Shown in pieces: positions 25,458-40,594 of a stretch of DNA of 64,000 bases. Position 1 is the stretch's first letter; the number at the start of each line of letters is the position of its first letter. Under the pieces are notes generated by a model that saw only the letters and a list, made by a program, of their open reading frames with translations, made no database searches and had not been told where the DNA came from. This DNA is from Octopus vulgaris (lineage: Eukaryota), in the NCBI GenBank assembly GCA_951406725.2, contig OX597817.1, positions 31,434,001 to 31,498,000 on the forward strand, written 5' to 3'. The translations under genes and the position numbers were made by a program.

Positions 25458-25487
25458 CATACATACATACATACATACATACATACA

Positions 25488-25521
<34 letters not shown>

Positions 25522-25892
25522 CATACATACATACATACATACATACATACATACATACATACATACATACGTACATACATACATACATATACATACATAC
25601 ATACATACGTACATACATGCATACATACATACATACGTACATACATACATACATACATACATACATACATACGTACATACATACATACATACATACATAC
25701 ATACATACATACGTACATACATACATACACATACATACATATGCAGGTGCTAGAGCACACGTTTGTGTTCCTTACAAACAAAGACACATACATAAACACA
25801 CACGAGCATATATACGTACATGCATGTGAATGTATACATTTGCATACATACATACATACATACATACATACATACATACATACATACATACA

Positions 25893-25926
<34 letters not shown>

Positions 25927-26028
25927 CATACATATATATATACATACATACATACATACATAATACATACATATATACATACATACATAGATACATACAT
26001 ATATACATACGTACATACATACATACAT

Positions 26029-26063
<35 letters not shown>

Positions 26064-26133
26064 TATACAAACATACATACATATATACATACATACATAC
26101 ATACATACATACATACATACATACATACATACA
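25458..26133. repeat. (CATA)n microsatellite blocks
   Basis: Tetranucleotide runs with a duplicated 43-bp spacer (25390 and 25806). Confidence 0.95.
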
Positions 26134-26324
26134 TAACATACTTGTTTTATGCTCTGTTCGCGCGTAAATATTCACTATATTAAATCACTTTTACGTGCTC
26201 ATACATATATACACTTGCACAAACGCACACACCTACACATACGCACACGTGCGCACTCGCACACACATTGTATGCAAAACACACACACAACGCACACTCA
26301 GACCATCACACGCACACACACACA

Positions 26325-26372
<48 letters not shown>

Positions 26373-26461
26373 TACAAAGAAATAAATATATGCACATGTA
26401 GACCCATTCACACAATCACAGAAACAAAATTAATATTTTTGGGTGCACATTCATTCAAGCA

Positions 26462-26783
26462 GTGGAGGCGCAATGGCCCAGTGGTTAGGGCAGCGGACTC
26501 GCGGTCGGAGGATCGCGGTTTCGATTCCCAGACCGGGCGTTGTGTATGTTTATTGAGCGAAAACACCTAAAAGCTCTACGAATCTCAGGTAGGGGGATGG
26601 TGGCGACCCCTGTTGTACTCTTTCTCTCACTCTCTCTTCCTGTTTCTTGAGAGAGAAGGCGAGAGAGTGTTTCTGCGATGGACAGGCGTCCCGTCCAGCT
26701 GGGGGGAACACATACGCCACTGAAACAGGGAAACTAGGCCCATGAGCCTGGCTAGCCTGGAAAAGGGCGCATAAATAAATAAA
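26462..26783 (+). mobile_element. SINE-C H1+T2 (V-domain-like CTGCGATGGAC..CCGTCCAG)
   Basis: H1 head; tail GAGCCTGGCTAG..AAAAGGGCGCAT(AAAT)n. Confidence 0.9.
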
Positions 26784-26974
26784 AATGCATTCAAACACAC
26801 AAACAAATGCATAAAATGCACGTCCTTAAGTGAGCAAGTTCACACGCACATTCACACACACGCACACACGAGAGCACATGCGCATGCATCAATGCGCAAA
26901 CTCGTACGTTAACACATTCACACCCACATATACACACAAACGTATACAGACGCACAAACACTAGCTATTAGTGT

Positions 26975-27276
26975 TGTTTTTTTATGCGCCCTTTTCAAGC
27001 CTAGCCAGGCTCATGGGCCCGGTTTCCCTGTTTCAGTGGCGTATGTGTTCCCCCCAGCTGTCCATCGCAGCGTTACTCAAGAAACAGGAAGAGAGGGTGA
27101 GAGAAAGTCGGGACGAAAGAGTACAACAGGGGTCGCCACCACACCCTGCTGGAGCCTCGTGCAACTTTTAGGTGCTTTCGCTCAATAAACACACACAACG
27201 CCCGGTCTGGGAATCGAAACCGCGATCCTCCGACTGCGAGTCCGCTGCCCTAACCACTGGGCCAATGCGCCTCCAC
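26975..27276 (-). mobile_element. SINE-C H1+T2
   Basis: TSD AGCTATTAGTGT; inverted relative to the 26462 copy. Confidence 0.9.
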
Positions 27277-27399
27277 AGCTATTAGTGTGCAAAGACAAAC
27301 AAAGCCACCCCCAGCCGCGACCATGTAGGAGACTGCTCACTCGTTTACCCACTCACTCATCCGCTCCCTCTCTATTTGACCTTTTATCGTTCGCTTTCT

Positions 27400-28600
<1,201 letters not shown>

Positions 28601-28951
28601 AGGGACAGTGACGAATACACGCACGGTCTCACACACAGCAAAGCACAATGATCTTCCCACACACATCCTTGTCCCAATTAAGAATATTTCAAGTGAATCC
28701 CAAACGTCTGAAAAGCAAGAACCAGAAAATTGGTTCCTGTCACCAATAAATAAACAAAGAACAAATAAATAGATAATAGAATGGACGAACGAAGAGAGAG
28801 GGAGAGAGAATGAGGGACAGACAGAGTCTACGAGAAACGGAGAGAGGCAAAAAAACAAACGGGCAGACAGACAGACAGAATGATGGCGAAGTGAAAAGAG
28901 CGTTCAGACAATGAGACAAAATATGTAACTGGAAGTTAAACTGTGATATAT

Positions 28952-29368
28952 GGCGCAGGAGTGGCCGTGTGGTAAGTAGCTTGCTAACCAACCACATGGT
29001 TCCGGGTTCAGTCCCACTGCGTGGCAACTTGGGCAAGCGTCTTCTGCTATAGCCCCGGCCCGACCATTGCCTTGTGAGTGGATTTGGTAGGCGGAAACTG
29101 AAAGAAGCCTGTCGTATATATGTATATATATATATGTATGTGTGTGTGTTTGTGTGTCTGTGTTTGTCCCCCTAGCATTGCTTGACAACCGATGCTGGTG
29201 TGTTTACGTCCCCGTCACTAAGCGGTTCGGCAAAAAGAGACCGATAGAATAAGTACTGGGCTTATAAAGAATAAGTCCCGGGGTCGATTTGCTCGACTAA
29301 AGGCGGTGCTCCAGCATAGCCGCAGTCAAATGACTTAAACAAGTAAAAGAGTAAAAGAGTAAAAAGAA
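28952..29368 (+). mobile_element. SINE-B, full length
   Basis: Full family sequence. Confidence 0.93.
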
Positions 29369-29547
29369 TATATATATATATATATATATACCACGACACT
29401 CAACAGATGAAAGGAGGACTATAAATCATATAGGCTACAAATAACAAGTATATAAAAACGTATGCAAATACGCAGTCATATTGTGTGTGTGTATAAAGAC
29501 ACACGCACATATAATTTATTTGGTCGGCTGACCTAGAGGCCATTCAG

Positions 29548-30717
29548 GGATCTTTTCTATTTTGAGGCCAGTTTTTTCAAATTTTTCCTACTGAACCAAA
29601 CAATTTGAAACTTCGTATACTGGTAGAATGTGTCAAAAGTAAACTTAATTGTAAACCAGAATTTGTAACTTCTAAGTTTAACGTTGTTTAATAATTAGAA
29701 TTTTAACCAATGATATTCCGTCATTCGGCTTTATTTTATTTACTCCGTCTCGACCACCAATTTCGTGACGTATTTAACATCTTAAATGTAAACAAGTCAG
29801 CCACCTTCTAATAACAATATTTAAAACTAGTTAATAAGCCACATGTATTAAATTGAAAATGTTTCCATTCTGTATGTCTGCATGTATGTGTGTGTATATG
29901 TATGTGTAAGTATGTGTGTGTGTGTATGTATGTGTGTGTGTGTATGTATGTGTGTGTGTGTATGTATGTATAGCCGATTCATCGTAATCGTAATTACGAT
30001 GAATTGGCCATACATACATAGATACACACACACACATACATGCAGACATACATATACACATACACCGAGTAAAAAATTTCAGTTATCTCTCTCTTTCACA
30101 CATTACTCTCTCTGTCTCTTCACACACACTAACAGAAGCACTTCACTTACACAACATACTGTCTCCCACACCCCATCAAACACACACACACACACACATG
30201 TACATCAATGCTTCCCCTAGACGGTAACTTCAAAGACAAACTTCCCTCGTCATAAAATCGCTTCCTCTTAGTCTCTTTCGCTCTCATTACTTATGTAAAA
30301 AAATAAAAGTTTTTTACGGAAATCGACGGAAAACTTGTGCTACGACAAGCGAAACTTCGCCGAAATTTAATATTAAAAAAGCAAAGAGCTGGCAGAAACG
30401 TTAGCACGCCGGGCGAAATGCGTAGCCGTATTTCGTCTGCCGTGTTTGCTTACAGTTTTCCGAACGTTAGTACGTCACAAAAGCGCTTTCTACGTCACAC
30501 TAATAGAATGCAGTCAAGTTTTACACATGAAAACAAACAATCTGATTGGTTAAAATTCGCAGTTTTAATCTACGATTAAAGTCATAAAATAGATTTTTCT
30601 CAAATAAACTAGTTCCAACCTGTGTCTTGTTTTGCTAGACTCTACAGCATACGAAGTTTCAGATTATTTAGTTAAGTAGAAAGATCTGTGGTCCTGGCTT
30701 CAGAATAGAAAAGATCC
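29548..30717. mobile_element. GGATC-ended TIR DNA transposon (Merlin- or Mutator-like, non-autonomous)
   Basis: TIR GGATCTTTTCTATT(T/C)TGA(G/A)GCCAG; 8-bp TSD CCATTCAG (29540-29547 and 30718-30725). Confidence 0.9.
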
Positions 30718-31313
30718 CCATTCAGTAACCTGGGTTTCACGAAAACACGAAAATCTAAGTCGTCTGGATCGTTCTAAGTCGTCTGTAGCCCTGATCAAAG
30801 GCTTACATAGCGAACAGTGCAAGTCTTCTGATTGGTTGGAACAAATCTCGAGCAGGCTTTGGTTTTAGTGTGAGTTAGGGGAAGTAACTACTGTTGACAG
30901 AATGCAGTGGATAAATACATGATTCAAGTGTGATAAATCAATGTATTCGTTCGATCGGTTTCCTCATTGTTGCTTGTGTTCGCATATTTACATGTTCTTA
31001 TAATGTGTGTGTGTGTGTGATGGAAGCCAACTCAATATTAAATGTAACCATTGCTTGTTAAGGATTTGCAAAGTGAAAATAACAGTTCAGCCCAGCTGAT
31101 GATATACCACTTTCACAACATCAATCACACAAACGTCTCTTCTTATTTAAATACAGAACAAAATCATATTTCATATTTTGACCAGACGTATGCCTTTGCA
31201 GAATTATCCTATAGAAAGAAAGCATTTATTGCATAATTTTATTTATTTTGTTACGATTTTTGCGTTATCACCTCTGCTTTTTGTAATGAAAATCTTTTGA
31301 TATATATATATAT

Positions 31314-31529
31314 ATCTTTACTGCACACAAAGGGGCTAAACATAGAAGGGACAAACAAGAACAGACAAAGGGATTAAGTCGATTACATCGACCCCAGTGC
31401 GAAACGGGTACTTTATTTATCGACCCCGAAAGTATGGAAGGCAAAGTCGACCTCGGTGGAATTTGAACAGACGAAATACTGCTAAGCATTTCGCCCGGTG
31501 CGATAACGTTTCTGCCAGCTAGCCGCCTT
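31314..31529 (-). mobile_element. SINE-A monomer with small internal deletion
   Basis: Family sequence; TTTTGATATATA repeated on both sides. Confidence 0.9.
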
Positions 31530-31535
31530 ATTTTG

Positions 31536-31593
<58 letters not shown>

Positions 31594-32038
31594 TTATACT
31601 TCAGATAAATATCTTTATCAAAAGATGAAGGAATACTTATCGCTCTAAAAATGGCACAAGGTGATCATAATCCCATTCTCTTGTCCGTACATACCTCACT
31701 CAACAACCCTGAATGATTCGGTCAGTTTGCAGTATGAACGTCGAGGCAGTACACGTGCTATGCAGGAATCCCTGAGCCGTGAGCAGCCGATGAGGCAAAA
31801 AAGACAGGGAAGAAATAATGAATGCAGCAGAGATGTGGGCGCAGACTTTGGCAAGAGAGACGAAGACGTGAAGAATATAAAGAGAGACGAGATGTACATT
31901 AAGACATTCTATTGACCGACAGCTGTTTCGCGTCACAGAATTAAATTATTCATAGTGTACTTCTGATATTATATAATTATTCCTCCCCTCGTAACCATCA
32001 TATGCGTGTTGATATATACGTGTGTATGTGTGTGTATC

Positions 32039-32116
<78 letters not shown>

Positions 32117-32411
32117 CGTGTGTATGTGTATGTGTTAATATCGCCATCCGTGCATCAGTCTAAATGAATACACACTGTTAGAAGGTATACAGCTACGGGA
32201 TTGTTCGAGATTGAAATCTCTTCGTAGGCTTGTGTTAAAACACAATATATATCGGAGCGAGACGAACATTGCCGCTAGTGTGACTCCTGAGAATGACTGC
32301 TACATTTAGTTTGTTTTTGAAGCTTGTTAAAGCCCTGCACTCAAGTTCCAACTACTTAAATGAAATTCGTGCTTCGACATATATAGGAAACAATGACTAT
32401 AATATTAACTG

Positions 32412-32446
<35 letters not shown>

Positions 32447-32447
32447 A

Positions 32448-32515
<68 letters not shown>

Positions 32516-32702
32516 GTAACATTTAGACTGAAGGTGGAGATGAACCACAAAATATTCTTACGCACACTATTTTCATTTTTATTTCTAAGCTTATTTAGCT
32601 TTGATGTAGGAGGGCCTAAAGTAGTTTGGTTATTGTGGCAATTAATTGCAATCATAGTACCCACTTTAACCACAGGGTTAATAATTTCCTTACCATTATT
32701 AT

Positions 32703-32905
32703 TAAGGCGGTGTGCTGGCAAAATCGTTAGCACACCTGGCAAAATGTTTACCTGCATCTCTTCCGCCTCTTTACGTTCTCAGTTCAAATTCTGCAGAGTT
32801 CGACTTTGCCTTTCATCCTTTCTGGGTCGATAAACACTGGAGTTAATGTAATCAGTTAGTCTCCTCCCCCAAAATTTGAGGCTTCGTGCCTACAGTAGAA
32901 AGAAT
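32703..32905 (+). mobile_element. SINE-A, type-B tail ending in (ATT)n
   Basis: A and B boxes, central domain. Confidence 0.85.
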
Positions 32906-33000
32906 TATTATTATTATTATTATCATTATTGTTGTTGTTGTTGGTTGTTGTTGTTGTTGTTGTTGTTGTTGTTGCTGTTGCTGTTGTTGTTGTTGTTGTT

Positions 33001-33541
33001 GTGTGAGAGAGAGCAGCGCATGCCATCAAAGTTACACTAGGGTAAAATATATGAAGCCCAATATACCCATCATGACTACATGTCTGATAAGGGTACACCG
33101 GGTACATGCAACACAACCATATGTGCATGACATGGTGACACCATATCAAGATAGGCAGCGCAAGACTTTGCAGGTGGGTCCCAGTCAGAATTTTCATCGG
33201 GTGGAGTATCCCATCCTACACAAAAGATCCCTGAATAACGGTTGTTTAGGGATGTTGAATGAAACACCCATGTTTCCAGAAGTGAATTATTCAAACCCCA
33301 AAGAATTCCTCTCAACCCATGGCTATGATGCTCCCGCACTACTTCTGCTCGTGATCAAAGATGCCCATATCGTCAGCCACCAAGGGACGCGTTCAACCGG
33401 TTAAGGGCAAACAACTGACAAACAAATCTGTGGTATTGAGCAGAATATTTGCTGTAGCTTGTCTTTTATGCCAAGACAAAACATGTACATGATAACACTT
33501 CCAACCAGTTAAGATCAGAAGCCATGAGAGCCAGTGTCTGG
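33001..33541 (-). mobile_element. Unclassified retroposon fragment (about 540 bp) inserted in trinucleotide repeats
   Basis: Complex sequence bounded sharply by (GTT/ATT)n and (ATT/ACT)n; no credible ORF; strand inferred from a tail-like (AAC/AAT)n. Confidence 0.45.
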
Positions 33542-33584
33542 TTTATTATTAATTACTGCTACTACTACTACTACTACAACTACA

Positions 33585-33682
<98 letters not shown>

Positions 33683-33744
33683 AACAACTACTACTACTAA
33701 TACTACCATTGGTATTATTATTAATGTTATTTATATTAATAAAA

Positions 33745-34001
33745 TAATAAATGCGCCCTTTTAAAGCCTAGCCAGGCTCATAGGCCCGGTTTCCCGGTTT
33801 CTATGGCGTATGTGTTCCCCCCAGCTGGACTGGACGCCAGTCCATCGCAGCGTTACTCACTTTTGCCAGCTGAGTGGACTGGAGCAACGTGAAATGAAGT
33901 GCTTTGCTCAAGAACACAACGCGTCGCCCGGTCCAGGAATCGAAACCACAATCTTACGATCATGGTGCTGACACCTTATCCACTAAGCCACGCGCCTCCA
34001 C
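33745..34001 (-). mobile_element. SINE-C H2+T2
   Basis: H2 CORE-like head joined to the V-like T2 tail. Confidence 0.9.
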
Positions 34002-34226
34002 GTTATATATATTATCATCCTTTTCAAGACACATCGCTGCCAATTCCCAGTTTTCGTTTTCTATTTTAACTTGGTTTATATAGCTATATACAACCGTAGT
34101 AAATTAAATTGTACAACATGTGCTACTACAATTGATTGTCCACCTAAATAACTGCAATACAACACCATTGATGTACATGATTCTAATAATGGTACTACGA
34201 TATACGATATATATATACATATGTGA

Positions 34227-34334
<108 letters not shown>

Positions 34335-34849
34335 GTGAGTATATATATATATATATATACATACATATATCTATGTACATAGAAAGATACATATATGTAT
34401 GCGTACATATGTGTGTGTGCATATCTATTTTTATATATACGTACGTACATATATAATATACATGCATACTTTTATAAACAAACAAACATGCATACACACA
34501 CATACATTTAACGGATATGATATATATATATTTATATTTTTTTTTTTTTTTTTCGTGTATGTATAGATGTACATATATATAGACAGTTATTCTGACGTCA
34601 TGAAGGAATGAAAAGGCGGAAAGGAGGTGGAGACGAAAATGGAGATGAGGAAGAAGGAAGAAAGCAGAGCAGTCTTTTTTCCTCTCCCACATAAGAATCA
34701 TTCTTATCTGATGGTAGATGGAATGATTGAGATTGAAAGTTATTGGCAGGGAATCCGGATGTACTTAAGTATTACCATTACTATCGACATCATTATCATC
34801 ATTATCATTGACGGCGTCGTTGTTTTCTTTGTCGTCTCGTAAAAGCATA

Positions 34850-34902
34850 ATACATACATACATACATACATACATACATACATACATACATACATACATA
34901 CA

Positions 34903-34936
<34 letters not shown>

Positions 34937-35054
34937 CATACATACATACGTACATACATACATACATACATACATACGTACGTACATACATACATACATA
35001 CATACATACATACATACATACATACGTACGTACATACATACATACATACATACA

Positions 35055-35088
<34 letters not shown>

Positions 35089-35425
35089 CATACATACATA
35101 CATACATACATACATACATACATACATACATACATACATACGTACGTACATACATACATACATACATACGTACATACATACATACGTACATACATACATA
35201 CATACATACATACATACATACATACATACATACATACATACATACATACATACATACATACATACATACATACATACATACATACATACATACATACATA
35301 CGTACGTACATACGTACATACATACATACATACATACATACATACATACATACATACATACGTACGTACGTACATACATACATACATACATACATACATA
35401 CATACATACATACATACATACATAC

Positions 35426-35456
<31 letters not shown>

Positions 35457-35711
35457 CATACATACATACATACATACATACGTACATACGTACATACATA
35501 CATACATACATACATACGTACGTACATACATACATACATACATATATACATACATACATACATACATACATTGTACATACATACATACATACATACATAC
35601 ATACATACATACGTACATACATACATACATACATACATACCACATACATACATACATACATACATACATACGTACATACGTACATACGTACATACATACA
35701 TACATACCACA

Positions 35712-35743
<32 letters not shown>

Positions 35744-36068
35744 ATACATACATACATACATACATACATACGTACATACGTACATACGTACATACATACA
35801 TACATACATACATACGCACATACATACATACATACATACATACATACGTACATACGTACATACGTACATACATACATACAAACATACATACATACATACA
35901 TACATACATACATACATACATACATACATACGCACATACATACATACATACGTACGTACATACATACATACGTACATACGTACATACGTACATACGTACA
36001 TACATACATACATACATACATACATACATACATACATACATACATACATACATACATACATACATACA
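34850..36068. repeat. (CATA)n microsatellite of about 1.2 kb with CGTA variants
   Basis: Source of the 428-463 aa MYVC/HTYI ORFs. Confidence 0.98.
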
Positions 36069-36313
36069 TGTATGCACATCTGTACAAGTGGTGAGACCGA
36101 ATTGTTGAACCTGCTCCAATGGAATCCCTAAACATCTGAAGGGTTTCTCTGCACAACAGAGATTTATTGTGAAGAGACAGAGTGTCTGTCTGCGTGTGTT
36201 GTCTCTCTACATCCTCCTCATTGCTCTTCCGCCATCAGCTTTTCCCCCCATCTCTCTCTTTATATCTATGTATGTATGTATGTATGTATGTATGTATGTA
36301 TGTATGTATCTAT

Positions 36314-36400
<87 letters not shown>

Positions 36401-36482
36401 GTAAATTGTACATAATATATTGAGCCTATTTTTTAATTTAATGTTTGTTTTTCTGTCATTAATAAAACATTAGGTAGGTAGG

Positions 36483-36580
<98 letters not shown>

Positions 36581-36581
<1 letters not shown>

Positions 36582-36893
36582 TTTGTTTCTTTATTAGCCA
36601 CACAGGGCTGCACACAGACAGGACAAAATTACAAGGTAGAGCTTTTCTTTTGGGGGTAAAAGAAGGGGGTTTGGTTTTCGATCAAAAGGGATCGTAAATG
36701 GAAAGAAAGAGGACAAAAAGAGGGGGGGGTAAAAAAAGTGGGGGGAACGAAATTGGATCAATAGGGATCGTTATCACAGAAATGTCAATATGAAGTGTAA
36801 AGGGGAGGACAGGTGAGGTTTACCCGTGGAAAGAAAAGCCTACGAAAAAGACCACGGTAAACTCGGTCAATGAAGTCACATGTTATATTTCTT
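36581..36893 (-). mobile_element. 3' end of an unclassified LINE inserted in (GATA)n; tail similar to the SINE-A type-A tail
   Basis: Minus-strand end TTGTCCTGTCTGTGTGCAGCCCTGTGTGGCTAATAAAGAAA then (CTAT)n; second copy at 41540-41791. Confidence 0.65.
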
Positions 36894-36911
36894 GATAGAT
36901 ATATAGATAGA

Positions 36912-36968
<57 letters not shown>

Positions 36969-37593
36969 GTCTATCTATATTATGAATGAAAAAAACAGCC
37001 AATCGGCAGAACCGTTAGAATGTTAGATAAAATATCTCGCAGTATTTGTTCCGACTCTGCTGAGTTCAAATTTGACAGAGGTCTACTTTGACTTTCATCC
37101 TCTCAGGGTCAATAAAATAAAGAAACCGTCATGTCCTTGGGTTGACGTAATCGACAATCTCCTCCCCTCGACAAATACTTGCTTTGTACCTGACTTAAAA
37201 GAAACGAGATATGTGTGTGTGTGTGTATGTGTGTGTGTGAGTGTATGTGTGTGTGTCTGTCTGTGTGTGTGTGTAGAGAGAGAGAGGGGGGGAGAGCTCG
37301 GTATATTTAAGGCTTTCATCGGTCAGCCAATGATCTGACCGTGTATCTGCAATTGGAATGTTCATTCCTCTCTAAGGTGCAGACTTGAACAAGTTTTATG
37401 TGGATGGGTTGGTGAGTATTGCTTTATCGAAGACCAATAGTATCCCATGTAGCAAGTTTCTCCTCTGCATGACACAGTTACTCTCTAATGGGAAACACAA
37501 TGCTCGATCAACTTGGTTCCAATTTCGTTGTAAGATAACTCTGAACGAACCTGAGCAAACACCGCAAATCTTAAAGAGTAAGCGACTCCGTTA

Positions 37594-37822
37594 GACGAGC
37601 TGGCAGAAACGTTAGCACGCTGGGCGAAATGCTTAGCTGTATTTCGTCTGCCGCTACGTTCTGAGTTCAAATTCCGCCGAGGTCCACTTTGCCTTTCATC
37701 CTTTCGGGGTCGATAAATTAAGTACCAGTTACACACTGGGGTCGATGTAATCGACTTAATCTCTTTATCTGTCCTTGTTTGACCCCTCTGTGTTTAGCCC
37801 CTTGTGGGCAATAAAGAAATAA
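37594..37822 (+). mobile_element. SINE-A monomer, type-A tail
   Basis: Family sequence followed by GATAGATAGAT. Confidence 0.92.
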
Positions 37823-37904
37823 GATAGATAGATGCACCAGATTGCGCAAGCACTTTTTAACAAACAAAATTCTCTGCAACTTGGATGGTTGTTGTTTGTT
37901 GTTT

Positions 37905-38143
37905 GTGCCTGGCTCATGAGGGCCGGTTTCCCGGTTTCTTGGCGTATGGGTTCTCCACCTGGACGGGACGCCGGTCCGTCGCAGGTGAGCTGCAAGATGC
38001 AGGAGAAAAGAGTGAGAGAAAGTTGTGAGCGAAAGAATCAGCAGAAGTTCGCCATTACCTTCTGCCGGAGCCGCGTGGAGCTTAGGTGTTTTCGCTCATA
38101 AACACTCACATCACTCGGTCTGAGATTCGAACCCGCGATCCCT
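37905..38143 (-). mobile_element. SINE-C variant (H1-like body with T2-like tail), 5' truncated
   Basis: GAGCGAAAACACCTAAGCTCCACG and GCGACGGACCGGCGTCCCGTCCAGG. Confidence 0.8.
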
Positions 38144-38312
38144 CTTTTTGTATGTATAAATGCGCGCGCGCGTATGTGTGTGTCCCGGCACATATATTTG
38201 TCTTTTTCGCCAGGGAATTCATTCAAACTAGTGAGGCTTTTGCTATAAAAAAAAAGGTGATCATTTTATTAAACAGCAGAAAAGGGAAGATGGTACGTCA
38301 TGTGATTGGTAC

Positions 38313-38696
38313 ATAAGTTAAGTTAAGTTAATTTGGCTCAAAAAGCAAAAAGCAAGGCCATGTAGGGGGACATGGAGTTATATACAGGGAGGGTGTTCAT
38401 GCAAAGAGTTCAGGCCATTTCTGGTCAAGAGAGACTTTGAACCGAGCGGTCGTCGGTATCTTCACTATCTCGTCCGGCAGCTTATTCCACGGATCCGCAA
38501 CCCGGACGGAGAAAGCCCCTCTCCTTCGATTGAGATGAAATCGTCGCAGATAGAGCTTTTCGGAGTGACCCCAGCCGACGCTCTGGAGCAGGAGTGAAGA
38601 ACAGCTCTTTCGAGAGGTTACGCTTTCCGTTTACGATGTTGTGAGCGAGAATGAGATCACCACGGCGTCGTCGTTTTTCTAGAGAATAAAGGTCGG
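38313..38696 (-). pseudogene. CR1-clade LINE 3' end (ORF2 C-terminus, 3'UTR, (TTAAC)n tail)
   Basis: LYSLEKRRRRGDLILAHNIVNG...HSEKLYLRRFHLNRRRG.FSVRVADPWNKLPDEIV...FKVSLDQKW. Confidence 0.9.
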
Positions 38697-38899
38697 TGTG
38701 TGTGTGTGTGTGTGTGTGTCTATCAGGTGCAGTCTGAGAGAGAAAGACAGCCATATCGCTAACAGTCACTTAACGAAGTGTCGAAGTAATTTATTAGTCG
38801 TTACCAAGGGAGTAGAACTAGATCTTGTACAGATATGGTCGTTGAAAACAAATGAGCTTCAGTAGACATCGGAACACCAACTGCATCTTCACCCATCAA

Positions 38900-38933
<34 letters not shown>

Positions 38934-39437
38934 TGTAGTAGTAGTAGTGGTAGTAGTGGGGAGAGCAGTGATAGTGGTACGGGTTATAGCAGTAGTAATA
39001 GCGTTGTTGTTTTGTGGTCGTGTATTACTAAAAAAAAAACGAATCCGCATTTCATTTCCGTGATTTGTCAGGCGCGCGCGCACACACTAACGCACACTTG
39101 TAAACTTACTCACACACATAATGCGTATCTGTTGGGGGAGTGAGAACGGAGAAAATGAAAACAAAGTTTGTTTCCATCCGGTCTGAAGACTTCAGACAGA
39201 AAACTATTTTCCTCAGGATATTGGCACTTCCAAACAATGCCAATTTAAATATTGGGTTAATAATGTCTGCTTTATCCATGTCGATGTTTAAAACGGAATG
39301 AAATTTTCTTAATGTGTAGACCTGGTTCTCAACTATTACTGGTATCTTATTTATATTCTCTAAATGGACACAATGAAGGATGTAAAAAAAAAATTGATTA
39401 AAAAATGAAAAATAAAAAAAGATAAAAAATAAACAAC

Positions 39438-39846
39438 CAGGAGTGGCTGTGTGGTAAGTAGCTTGCTTACCAACCACATGGTTCCGGGTTCAGTCCCACT
39501 GTGTGGCATCTTGGGCAAGTGTCTTCTACTATAGCCTCGGGCCAACCAAAGCCTTGTGAGTGGATTTGGTAGACGGAAACTGAAAGAAGCCAGTCGTATA
39601 TATGTATGTATATATATATATATGTGTGTGTATGTTTGTGTGTCTGTGTTTGTCCCCTTAGCATTGCTTGACAACCGATGCTGGTGTGTTTACGTCCCCG
39701 TCACTTAGCGGTTCGGCAAAAGAGACCGATAGAATAAGTACTGGGCGTACAAAAAATAAGTCCCGGGGTCGATTTGCTCGACTAAAGGCGGTGCTCCAGC
39801 ATGGCCGCAGTCAAATGACTGAAACAAGTAAAAGAGTAAAAGAGTA
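39438..39846 (+). mobile_element. SINE-B
   Basis: Full family sequence. Confidence 0.93.
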
Positions 39847-39992
39847 ACCACCTTCATTTCTTCGGCTATGTTACTTAAATTGATTCAGGTGAATGTACAA
39901 AAGCCATAAGATGGTTTGACCTCTTGTTTTTCCAAAATACTTTCGCTTATATTTTGATATAATTCAATTTAGAGAGACTTACTATCAATATA

Positions 39993-40594
39993 TATTTCTT
40001 TACTGCCCACAAGGGGCTAAACATAGAGGGGACAAACAAGGACAGATAAAGGGATTAAGTAGATTATATCGACCCCAGTGTGAAACTGGTACTTTATTTA
40101 TCGACCCCGAAGGAATGAAAGACAAAGTCGACCTCGGCGGAATTTGAACTCAGAACGTAACGGCAGACGAAATACCTATTTCTTTATTACCCACAAGGGG
40201 CTAAACACAGAGGGTACAAACAAGAACAGACAAACGGATGAAGTCGATTATATCGACCCCCAGTGCGTAACTGGTATTTTATTTAATCGACCCCGAAAGG
40301 ATGAAAGGCAAAGAAGACCTCGGCGGAATTTGAACTCAGAACGTAACGGCAGACGAAATACCTATTTCTTTATTACCCACAAGGGGCTAAACACAGAGGG
40401 TACAAACAAGAACAGACAAAAGGATGAGGTCGATTATATCGACCCCAGTGCGTAACTGGTATTTATTTAATCGACCCTGAAAGGATGAAAGGCAAAGTCG
40501 ACCTCGGCAGAATTTGAACTCAGAACGTAACGGCAGACGAAATACCGCAAAGTATTTCGCCCGACGTGCTAACGATTCTGCCAGCTCGCCGCCC
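39993..40594 (-). mobile_element. SINE-A head-to-tail trimer
   Basis: Junctions at 40176/40177 and 40362/40363; TSD GAGACTTAC(T/C)ATCAATA. Confidence 0.93.

Noticed and set aside
32886-33404. 172-aa ORF as a host gene
   Set aside because: It starts in a SINE tail and microsatellite and crosses a repeat insertion, with no recognisable domain.
34740-36156. Long ORFs of 428-463 aa
   Set aside because: Translations of (CATA)n. The same applies to all CVCV, HTHT, YIYI and poly-I/N/T ORFs.
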